A stretch of DNA of 54,038 nucleotides from a virus (lineage: Duplodnaviria > Caudoviricetes): positions 1 through 54,038 of IMG/VR virus record IMGVR_UViG_3300048590_000251, one strand, 5' to 3'. How positions within the stretch are numbered: the stretch's first letter is position 1; each line of letters starts with the position of its first letter. This document shows positions 48,101 to 51,814 of this stretch, in pieces. The position numbers and the translations under genes are program-made. The notes beneath the pieces are model-generated. The model searched no databases. It saw nothing but the letters and a program-made list of their open reading frames with translations, and was not told the DNA's origin.

Positions 48101-49119
48101 TTGACTACCAGAACTCGTCCAGGCCCCGCCTGATGCAAAACGACACCGCAAAGGTTCTGCTGGTCTTCCGGAACTTCCAGTTGAACATGCTGTGGCGCCT
48201 GTTCCGCGACACGCACCAGGCATTCGCCGGAGAAACCCCGCAGCTTCGCCGCGAAGCGCGTGGGCAACTGATCGGGATCACGGCGATGCTGATGCTCCAT
48301 GCCGGAGTCCGCGGCGTCTGGGGCTATGCAATCATCATGGGGTTGCTAAGCCTCCTGCCGGGCGCCGGAACCGCCGATGATCTTGAGGACGAAATCAAGA
48401 CGGCGCTGGTCAATCTCTTCGGCCCTTATGTGGCTGGGCTCATTCTGAACGGCGTCCCCGGCCAGGTTCTCGGGGTCGATCTTACTGCCCGCATCGGGAT
48501 GCCGGAGCTTTGGTTCCGATCATCAGATCGAAACCTCGAAGGCGATGATGCCTACAATTACTGGCTGCAACAGATGGTCGGGGCGGTCCCCGGCATGTTC
48601 GAGAACGGCTGGCGCGGCATGAGCATGATTGGCGACGGCGAGGTCGCTCGCGGCATCGAGGCGATGATGCCGAAGGCGGCGCGGGACTGGATGAAGACCT
48701 ATCGCTATCTCCGCGAAGGCGTCACCACCTATCGCGGCGACCCGTTGATCGACAACCTCTCCGCAACTGATGCGATCAAGCAGGCGATCGGTTTCACGCC
48801 TGCAAAGGTATCGGAGCGATACGAGGAGAACACCAGGCTGCGGAACCGCGAAGGCGAAATCATGGGCGCACGGAAGCGGGTTCTCAATGATGCGGCGGCC
48901 GCGATCAAGAGGGGCAAGGGGCTACCGTCGAGCGTTCTGGAGTCGATCGACGCCTTCAACCGCGCGAACCCGGACTATCCGATCACCGGCGACACGATCC
49001 GCCAGTCGATGCGTTCGCGGCTGCGCTACAGCGACCAGACCGAAGGCGGAGTCCGGTTGAACCCGAAACTGAACGAGCGTCTGCGACGGGAGGCGGCGCC
49101 ACGCATCAGCGGCGGCTGA
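33157..49119 (+). CDS. Giant polyvalent DarB-like protein (~5320 aa): PPase-like, JAB-like, N6-adenine MTase, SNF2 helicase, LPD3-like, zincin HExxH and PLxRFG domains
   Basis: MPADYGYIKRTEGADGDHVD (~36810), HNHPS (~37546), VLEPSMGIGNF (~40207), IGNWPF (~40402), AHEVGTGKT (~42226), DESH (~42766), TGTP (~42916), HEIIH (~45802), YFPLMRFG (~47011). Start set to GTG 33157 after gaaagag. Confidence 0.92.
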   Translation: MADNIFAKNPLDATLEGMTALKTPPQSPRAAFEAASRSSGVPINILLAAAEASGAKTGEDAIRVVEAVSGEWGGRIRAGEPIERVVGATLGGDEAATAQFLDRARALGREYYPDLAPKEPGFVGNVGRVLGASLVRGGGMAAEGVANAAASAMDSQRAILGGIGDAARKAADALGVKDFGGYVADELGVTTAAEWADRGAREAADRAQDAGRFVGDAAADKSDSIREGLSDRARQAMAGSTPDGVIYDPRTWSLGENASLEGYTYHAVDVLGSLIPVILAGIATGGIGAAAVGAAMGGGEGSQTARQVVDEAYKNGTLDQSPMFRRLVAEGASPDDAYDRVRREAAKAGTLFQAPVSAFGGYATASIVKGTVGKAVGGGIMRRAIASGVASAAEEGLQEAAETVSANLGIKATTGLKINIADGTFGDFVLGAIGGAGPGAVGGALGRGHAGDPSRRPPVAAPPQEPPEPEPDGGIPAAGGQQPVPAAPDLAPEPSPLRDAARAAPPPAAGDIAPGSRVILKSSDSAPPGERVPDMTGTFVGEKGRMVLIADEDGEVVEIPRNAFDLGAVSMQALALDPMLPETDAPADPEAPPQPDMAQAPQPDLQPPAPAAEVPPPQEIPPAVDVSPAPDVPEDVVRRRLRMIEDIAKRDGWTADLIAQRDAAREAVARIGASMGVGPEPRPPNPETEDTGDVVEPGRASEGQGDHGVGSDRAAPVARLPDAGSPAEGMPAVRDPEPDPPPSMDPGPRALTQETAEKKTVTPDLVTVRDVYGKRHRVRKPDLDGDRAMLPTFNANGERTNGTLLHRDNIDPDGSGVRATYASAPYIAKENDRPFATEAAAKAAVRHVNQDLADFKIKPVNGGFVAVRKKAKPDAETAPETPDALSIEDIRTKAAILRGWTGDKPPVVDGVLFSHDVKAGGYTFSRKHKEKVGAALKVGAKPAAGEPLTGEIITPEDDAEARRKAATSVGIELTDAPLPVRAPWWTDASPEVRAAILDAAGPQATRDARQTHGWENLSDATRRALLDAHGRLYRAGEITNVGTIEAPRYALAGAKPDGSPALPDKDAARIWNATPPARREAIVVEAGWVVSSGVNKGHASPVGRKIAQRTWKEHPENIASVLSAAMNRLGMRSALEDTISGTNADTESASQENPATTDQSEPTQTAASPAVPTPAQAEAGNYRMKHVSFQGLDITIETEKGQERRGKDKDGEEWSVTMPADYGYIKRTEGADGDHVDAYLGDMADSDFVLIVNQVDADTGAFDEHKVILGAMGRNAALDIYRGGFSDGRANDRIGSFTATNIAGFKAWLAAGPHKAATQNLDFPFKKKAADTDRTQSTPIISDDKPAADPDTAEQAAIRARIEKEEKANPDPKPVIDFRDMTQGVEGLALIRALRLAGDDAATRQRTANEWVHGQFKRTGMEHLVVLDREGKLLVAAEGSVNHVGFPNWLSNYAKTKMISYNIHNHPSNRGPSPGDLAAAASGFRPVHIIGADKALRGYSPTPTFMEGAPKSIFAYDAIREIIDTIDGAVVGIIQAQITNGAVKIDDANVLHSHAVARAMAEAGALEITGNDMAAEIDAAGINQGEINERVAEILAPWLRRTGQPVAKVGDQGAAEPAESDTGTGRRGEEADTADREDAGRGDAQGRVPTPAAVKPAKAGSAAVQLKNWTGLEVNAYDDETSDDGRNSKVKNEWKSDATRFGRAIAAILKDAGFTAPLPGGRAQRGKTPKPINPVSWNASGIAGSGEVSVSLDGPDGFGVYIHMDADGRSMGGESPVRIYWRVRKNTDSPYGGEMNQWVQDKQIAAGDITDMILKAIERRAAQPEAAKPEPTPQPMTEDPKIPRGYELTYIKRATGPEARANGFTPGEPHKAVIRRDQPYGVYDFVGKTRADAIAGALRLAMKPATRPTPQVPPMAGMTPMGAKPEPDATKKPSDVEAEQAETDPGTVPTSSQTSPPTNADNPAIIPITEPPKKSGALSNLSQAKQDRAALLRARIADRLKNQLNTGVDPALLVDAIELAGIYIESGFRKFRDVLKAVAADMGLTEVDAEPWVRAGYNEARDGLELADEDVSDMDDSKAVLAHVRDIRKAAKEGLEKPVDAPISDAPATEGEPDEPQTRTGRDGRGNEGRESGADRQGNLGTGEPDGNRGDRDLEEQQPDTLPGDEGTRRTGGDGTRRGPSDTGAGQADDQSGDAAVGSPDGSLPRPDDAGLEAQKPDEPASPARSNYRIDDPEALVGGTPKRRFARNREAIEAYQSIRDEAREPTPQELDAMASYIGWGSFGQQLFQGTWTRPRFVDGWKSENEWLRQHLGKDEWEDAQRSIINAHYTDPPTVRAMWGMVERLGFKGGRVLEPSMGIGNFFGMMPAQLAANSQLTGIELDSLTGGMAKLLYPRAAVSVMGYQDSRTPDNFYDLVIGNWPFANIEVPDRRYMKLKPSLHDYFFLKALDQVRPGGLVVGITSAFTMDKKATNIRAALARRADLVATFRLPSGAFEKYAGTSVVTDIIILQKRQEPILDISGVTWVRTAEVDTPAGTPVTVNQTYADNPDKVLGTLNFGTGSTYGAPSMIVDRPADLLERLEALPATLPEGVYTATQRGKEPRFISNHTTAQQNSVTEVKGVLYQVQGERLVRFEDVAKYKVKDAKKTAAREAEIIAFIDMREKLGAVIDADRAGTEDADTKRKALRKAFDAFRKAHGNIADSLALSLLLRAKDPGAPMVQALEAKDGTPAAILSRPTIRAPSTLENPSIRDAFVIARNESVAFDLERVAALAKAKPEEVIADLAGSGAIYRTPGGAYEVADAYLSGNVRQKLREAKAAAEAGEDMAASISALEKVLPPFRPYYDIEAKLGAMWIPDQVYMDFLTEKLGMSPIQRQNSEVRWSAGAWRPRLDPSLNHKPEASSVGHSDVRIGSFISHAMNNQTIIVKYRDNEGEHKDEKASEEANAKAAKLREDFSEWVWSDPERRHDLELAYNEQMNAIATPQFDGSFLDFQGMALQRGDQEFNLRRHQANAIWRGILNGRGIYAHEVGTGKTITMAGIAVESRRYGKARKPLVVAHNANSKAVANEMQETYPGGKFLYIDNLAPGEIEAEMRRIATDDWDAVIIPHSLLDRMALSQKTLEALAAKEIEALEAEALAAAAEDGADLTLEDMDDPDAMKKVRSPTAKQLVKARENIIASIQKAALRASKDGAVPFEDLGIDMLIVDESHEFKKPSIATRMTVKGLNKATSARSIQLKFLSDYIRGQNNGRGVHVFTGTPITNTLTEIYHQMRYVMEDVMEQSNISAWDGFFNTFAASVPDIELTSAGDYQSVERLSSFVNVPELRRMAGQYMDIVFADDMPEMQPRRASSGKTLLDSDLTKADRDELRNGRQENPEGRPYKEVIHDIADMEPDQRRILDQSIRFARQFRVLSGRDKIDVMRRGGPDAPIVFDAVPSRAGLDIRLHEIDAEDSPTSKANRAVRNVTQIYNEDKHTTQVIFMDEGYSDSVTRVKKKDGEVVSREKVEKFNLAKDIVAKLVAAGIPEAEIAIVNKDVSKEQRAKISEQMNNLQTRVVIGLTSTLGVGVNMQKYLRAMHHLDAPWMPGDLEQRNGRGQRQGNEWNTVLEYRYLTEGLDGRRWQVLTIKDRFIKAFLKAEDGVRVIEGDATDDATSMGADDLAATLSEAAGDPRIFQVKKLEKDIERLQRRERLHVDGVADARRKVKKLRDSIPRTEDSVADLERATEEVAMAREKGFTATIDGKTFDSRDDAAKAMDALVQPIVARGGHSLSTEWRDIPASVQGFQIQIKRSNLMRDGQVLVDFRVKYDGVGDYDTMGAPSVASAEAVLRKIADRLERARTQLAEDRASADRIEKAAAAPFQQAEALKKKKVQVEALLQDLKDNPVAPPSWLRQGAPIDSVIHVDKKPRAVTGHRWTKDGWFVSTEAGDVPYLDARSETGVPLYQERPFEPPQIEEGSKLRTGDERDEAEMSEPRPPPVTSLTGDELGIVADIRELGRAAEGWYTDNLIGKSVVNAETGWDIRFSRRGAKKIGGRKGEYLYRIVPALAEIVRGGHLIGTEIDRGADGQTTRWHRFSAAVELAGVIKDVIITVREAPNGKFHYDLSRDTSDGARFFHASPPVSEAGARQDDARAASLNIDEVSSFGNGAEEIPDADIAAIAAEVDSLMRRIGLAGTVRTDVVRAIIDAAGTERAGASGLYSRGAGRIQIRADAVAGPIPTLRHEIIHALRDAALWGRDYGLFTREEWRALVRSARADKAAVKDVDARYPNLPEIGRTEELVAELYRKWATGEVSPGLASTALGRIRSFFMALANALRGRGFTSTAAIFRGIERGDIAARAMPRDASGQFISLAEAAMVDMSAEPEATTETAFDRKERKFLSNLLTDAMGGRGRFNLLALVPGRPLFTELGRKMPSALTFLRIKEEMDATRQEWHEASDRLATDWRGHLSRDGAGNRAMMDLMHDATIAGLDPSKPYKSAVRDGDERLAHGDDERAEAARGRLMAEPRRRAKYDRLQARFRDLSPDFQRLFGEVRDMHKKMGADFERTILDNVRKAMEIASDRAREAYDDEMRRIRDEGLQGAERTEAEKEARKKRDGALRRQHVAKAARLASLRSIFETNKVEEPYFPLMRFGKYVVTVRDEEGKVISFSKFESEAKQQAFAAEMRAIRGQTVQIGTMDDDFTARKHVDPNFVADVEEMIGDTVADPEIMDAIWQRWLDTLPDMSVRKSRIHRKGTPGYSDDAFRAFGYQMFHGAHQLARLKYTMDLDKAVEDAKREAAASDDPNRTMLVVSEMERRKAFTMNPTGSATAQMFTSAAFIYYLGFTPAAAMVNLTQTTVVGIPILSSAFEKGGVARASRELMRAAGDFGRGKAHAERSSRLTEDERAALAEAYRRGTIDKSQAHDLAGVGETGIEPDSTMLRRILSDRAAHQWVGVRKKAMAGISFMFHHTERANREITFLAAYRMAKDNGFTGEAAIDKAGDVTWKTHFDYQNSSRPRLMQNDTAKVLLVFRNFQLNMLWRLFRDTHQAFAGETPQLRREARGQLIGITAMLMLHAGVRGVWGYAIIMGLLSLLPGAGTADDLEDEIKTALVNLFGPYVAGLILNGVPGQVLGVDLTARIGMPELWFRSSDRNLEGDDAYNYWLQQMVGAVPGMFENGWRGMSMIGDGEVARGIEAMMPKAARDWMKTYRYLREGVTTYRGDPLIDNLSATDAIKQAIGFTPAKVSERYEENTRLRNREGEIMGARKRVLNDAAAAIKRGKGLPSSVLESIDAFNRANPDYPITGDTIRQSMRSRLRYSDQTEGGVRLNPKLNERLRREAAPRISGG
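35234..35410 (+). CDS. Nested +1-frame ORF 1 in the giant gene (58 aa)
   Basis: GGAGG 9 nt before ATG; codon bias switches to this frame. Confidence 0.6.
   Translation: MWLNLDELQRDRVITAWEATALRQWLDSPTPEVLPKECPLSEILNRIRLHQWTPDRAH
37919..38119 (+). CDS. Nested +1-frame ORF 2 in the giant gene (66 aa)
   Basis: AGGGAG 6 nt before ATG; codon bias switch. Confidence 0.6.
   Translation: MSESQKYLPHGFDGPDSLSPKSEIKALLNRLKAIPAPDGVVKRRIRQTEKMLGAATLKGGFRPPPR
39438..39467 (+). promoter_or_regulatory. Putative internal promoter for nested ORF 3
   Basis: TTTGGA-N17-CTATAT, close to the rhizobial RpoD consensus CTTGAC-N17-CTATAT. Confidence 0.5.
39497..39793 (+). CDS. Nested +1-frame ORF 3 in the giant gene (98 aa)
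   Basis: GAGGGT 7 nt before ATG; helical protein-like sequence; codon bias switch. Confidence 0.72.
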   Translation: MSRRQELVEMAEEMKAESQALIDKEISEPGSRMETEAIETWKNNNPTLYRVMKERGALEATAHVVVHRILEQAKRMTKAGMPPSEARTEAYRDQMMLD

Positions 49120-49129
49120 AACAGGGGGC

Positions 49130-49197
49130 TTTGCCGCCGCCCGTCTCTGTGCTATTTCTACCGGAGGTATCGTGCAGGACGCGCGCTTCAGGAAAGC
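49130..49197 (+). promoter_or_regulatory. Putative lysis promoter and two GGA-loop hairpins
   Basis: TTTGCC-N16-CTATTT; CGTGC-AGGAC-GCGCG 49171-49185; GCTT-CAGGA-AAGC 49185-49197. Confidence 0.55.
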
Positions 49198-49205
49198 AGC
49201 GTTCG

Positions 49206-49421
49206 GTGACGATCGACATACCCAGCCTCCTTTCTGCATACGGACTCCCCGGCCTCATCATCGGGGTTCTGCTCTATGCCGTCAGCGCGCTCTGGTCACG
49301 GAGCAATGTCGTGCAGGATGCCCGGATCGAGGACGGCAAGGCCGAGGCGCAAAGAACGCTTGAAATCACCCGGACACTGGAACGGGCCATCGCCGTCGTG
49401 GAGGGCCGCAACCGTGCTTGA
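49206..49421 (+). CDS. Holin-like membrane protein
   Basis: YGLPGLIIGVLLYAVSALW transmembrane segment; first gene of the lysis cassette. Confidence 0.6.
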   Translation: MTIDIPSLLSAYGLPGLIIGVLLYAVSALWSRSNVVQDARIEDGKAEAQRTLEITRTLERAIAVVEGRNRA

Positions 49422-49599
49422 AGCCCTGCGTCAATGGCGCGCGGCGCCACAGAAGGAGATGGCCCGCAGATCCGAGCTGGAAGAGACGCGGCGGAAGGCC
49501 GAGTTGCTGAGGCTGAAGCTGGAAGCCTCGATCGCCAGAGAGGCGGAAATCAACAGGCTGTTCGCCGCGGCGCTGCCGAAGCATGAGGACAAGACGTGA
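49414..49599 (+). CDS. Small coiled-coil hypothetical protein
   Basis: SD ggaggg before GTG; overlaps both neighbours. Confidence 0.55.
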   Translation: MLEALRQWRAAPQKEMARRSELEETRRKAELLRLKLEASIAREAEINRLFAAALPKHEDKT

Positions 49600-49988
49600 A
49601 CTTTCTGAGCGGAATTTCCGGAATCCTCGCCTCTGTCACGATGTTGTTGGTGGCGCGGGGTTTTGTGCCCTATCTGCGCTGGCGGATCTGGGACGATATT
49701 GCCTACATGCGTCTGTCCATCGTGTTGCTGTCGGCATTGTCTGTGACGCGCATGGCCTGGTGGGACGTGCTGCGCCCGGCGATGGGTAGCGCGATGCTGA
49801 TGAAGCCGTTTCGCCCCGACATTCTCAGCCAGTCGATCAACGCCGGCTTCAACCTGCTGACGCTGGCCGCAGCGGTGGCGGCGCTTGCGGCCCTGCACCA
49901 CTCTATCCCGCTTCGCTTTCGCAACCGATACAACTGGTTCACCGCTCCGTTCTATCCACCGCACCAACCGAGGGAGACCGACAAGTGA
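49596..49988 (+). CDS. Three-TM membrane protein (holin candidate)
   Basis: Three hydrophobic segments; GTGA coupling. Confidence 0.65.
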   Translation: MNFLSGISGILASVTMLLVARGFVPYLRWRIWDDIAYMRLSIVLLSALSVTRMAWWDVLRPAMGSAMLMKPFRPDILSQSINAGFNLLTLAAAVAALAALHHSIPLRFRNRYNWFTAPFYPPHQPRETDK

Positions 49989-50266
49989 AGATCGCCCTCG
50001 CCCTGATCTTTCTCGCCGCCCCGGTCGTCGCCGCACCCGTCTGCGCGCCGCGCGATGTGATCCAGCGCGTGCTGGTCGATCGCTACGGCGAGACGCCGCG
50101 GGTGGCCGGGCTGACGCCGGATGGCGCGCTGATGGAGGTCTACGGCAGCGAAGCCGGATCGTGGTCCGTCACCGTCACGGCGCCCGACGCCAGCCAGACC
50201 TGCGTGATTGGCGCCGGGGTGGCGCTGATGATCCTGCCGGCGGAAAAGAAGGGGAGCCTGAACTGA
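49985..50266 (+). CDS. Small secreted protein
   Basis: Signal peptide; CAPRD...YGE...GSWSV...TC with two Cys. Confidence 0.75.
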   Translation: MKIALALIFLAAPVVAAPVCAPRDVIQRVLVDRYGETPRVAGLTPDGALMEVYGSEAGSWSVTVTAPDASQTCVIGAGVALMILPAEKKGSLN

Positions 50267-50922
50267 TGGACTTCCAGGGCAAGGCCGAACGGCTGGCAGA
50301 CATCGACATTCCGCGCATCGGACACCGGATCGGCGTCGGCGAGGATGAAATCCATGCGGTGATGGACGTGGAGGCGCGGTCCTCGGGGTTCGACGGTGCC
50401 GGCCGTCCCGCCATGCTGTTCGAGCCACATATCTTCTGGCGCCAGCTTGGCCCCGGTGCGGCCCGCGAGGCCGCCGCCCGTGCAGGACTTGCCTATGCGT
50501 CATGGGGCGCCAAGCCATATCCGAAGGACAGCTACCCACGCCTTGAGGCGGCCATGGGTATCGAGGAGAACGCTGCGCTGCGCTCCTGCTCCTGGGGTCT
50601 CGGGCAGATCATGGGCTTCAACGCCGAACTGGCTGGATACCAGAACGCCTCTGCGATGGTCGAGGCGTTCAAGGACAGCGAAACCGCGCAGATGGATGCG
50701 ATGGTGCGTTTCATCGAGGCTGCGGGTCTGGACGACGAGTTGCGGCGCCACGATTGGGCGGGTTTCGCCAGAGGCTACAACGGCCCCGGCTACGCGAAGC
50801 ACGGCTACGACCGCAGGCTGGCCGAGCGGTTCCGCTGGTGGCAGGGCAAGCCCGATACGCCGTGGTCGCCCGCAAGCATGGGCTGCGCCTGCCCGCACCC
50901 CGACGAGGTGGTGCCCGGATGA
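50266..50922 (+). CDS. Endolysin, N-acetylmuramidase (DUF3380)
   Basis: AVMDVE...LFEPHIFWR...SCSWGLGQIMGFN...WAGFARGYNGPGY. Confidence 0.92.
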   Translation: MDFQGKAERLADIDIPRIGHRIGVGEDEIHAVMDVEARSSGFDGAGRPAMLFEPHIFWRQLGPGAAREAAARAGLAYASWGAKPYPKDSYPRLEAAMGIEENAALRSCSWGLGQIMGFNAELAGYQNASAMVEAFKDSETAQMDAMVRFIEAAGLDDELRRHDWAGFARGYNGPGYAKHGYDRRLAERFRWWQGKPDTPWSPASMGCACPHPDEVVPG

Positions 50923-50987
50923 TCGAAGATATGGTCATTGTCGTGGCCTGCATCGGGGCGCTCCTGCTGATCTGGGGGCTGTCCTGA
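50919..50987 (+). CDS. 22-aa hydrophobic peptide
   Basis: MIEDMVIVVACIGALLLIWGLS; ATGA and TGATG coupling; SD gaggtgg. Confidence 0.45.
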   Translation: MIEDMVIVVACIGALLLIWGLS

Positions 50988-51328
50988 TGTGGCGGCTTGG
51001 TGCCCTTGCCGCCGTCATGGCGATCCTTCTCGCCGGGCTGGCCTATGTCGCCTCCATGAGGGCCAACAACGCCCGCCTCAGCGCCTCGGTAGCGGCGCTA
51101 CAGGCCGAAGTCGCCATTGCAGAGCGGACGGCCGCGCAGAAGGCGGAAGCGGCACGGGTGGCCCGCGCAGAGGCCGAGAGGCTGCGGGCAGCCGCCGCCG
51201 AATATGACGCCATCCGCGAATGGATCATCAGGAGTGACGACAATGCGCCCATTCCCCCTCTGCTTCGCGCTGCTCTGGACCGCATCCTGCGCGGCCCCGG
51301 TGGTGCAAACCCGCATGGTAGTCCCTGA
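50987..51328 (+). CDS. Inner-membrane spanin (Rz-like)
   Basis: N-terminal TM segment plus coiled coil, after the endolysin. Confidence 0.8.
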   Translation: MWRLGALAAVMAILLAGLAYVASMRANNARLSASVAALQAEVAIAERTAAQKAEAARVARAEAERLRAAAAEYDAIREWIIRSDDNAPIPPLLRAALDRILRGPGGANPHGSP

Positions 51329-51521
51329 CGTGCCCGCCGAACTTCGCCAGCCATGTGTCGCGCCGGAACGGCCCTACGAGACGCTGGCCGATGTGGCGCT
51401 GATCCTGACCGATCAGGTCGAGGCGCTGGACTGCGCCAATGGCCGGATCGGCGCGATAGACACAATTCTGACCGAAGCTGAATCCGCTACCCGCGCCGCG
51501 CAGCCGAAAAAGGAACACTGA
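51243..51521 (+). CDS. Outer-membrane spanin lipoprotein (Rz1-like)
   Basis: Lipobox WTASC, VPAELRQPC; overlaps the Rz-like gene in the +1 frame; SD aggag. Confidence 0.8.
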   Translation: MRPFPLCFALLWTASCAAPVVQTRMVVPDVPAELRQPCVAPERPYETLADVALILTDQVEALDCANGRIGAIDTILTEAESATRAAQPKKEH

Positions 51522-51522
51522 C

Positions 51523-51810
51523 ATGGCCGCTACCGCTTACGACCCCACGACCGCTTGGACCGCAGCGGCACGCTACACCGCTGCGGCAGAAACGCCGGTG
51601 AAGATCTCGAACCCCAACATCCAAAGCCGCAGGTTCGTCGGGTGGACAATCACGACCAGCGACACGATCCCAACGATCGACCCGAGTTATGCCAACCCGA
51701 TTGCGCCCGGAGAGTCTGACTCGGCATCTCCGACGCTTGCGATCGGAGAGCGTCTCTGGCTGGTGATGATGAACGGATTCGGCGCCGGTCGCGCGACGAT
51801 CGAGATCTGA
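51523..51810 (+). CDS. Small beta-rich protein, possibly virion-associated
   Basis: SD aagga; precedes the large Ig-like gene. Confidence 0.7.
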   Translation: MAATAYDPTTAWTAAARYTAAAETPVKISNPNIQSRRFVGWTITTSDTIPTIDPSYANPIAPGESDSASPTLAIGERLWLVMMNGFGAGRATIEI

Positions 51811-51814
51811 CCTG

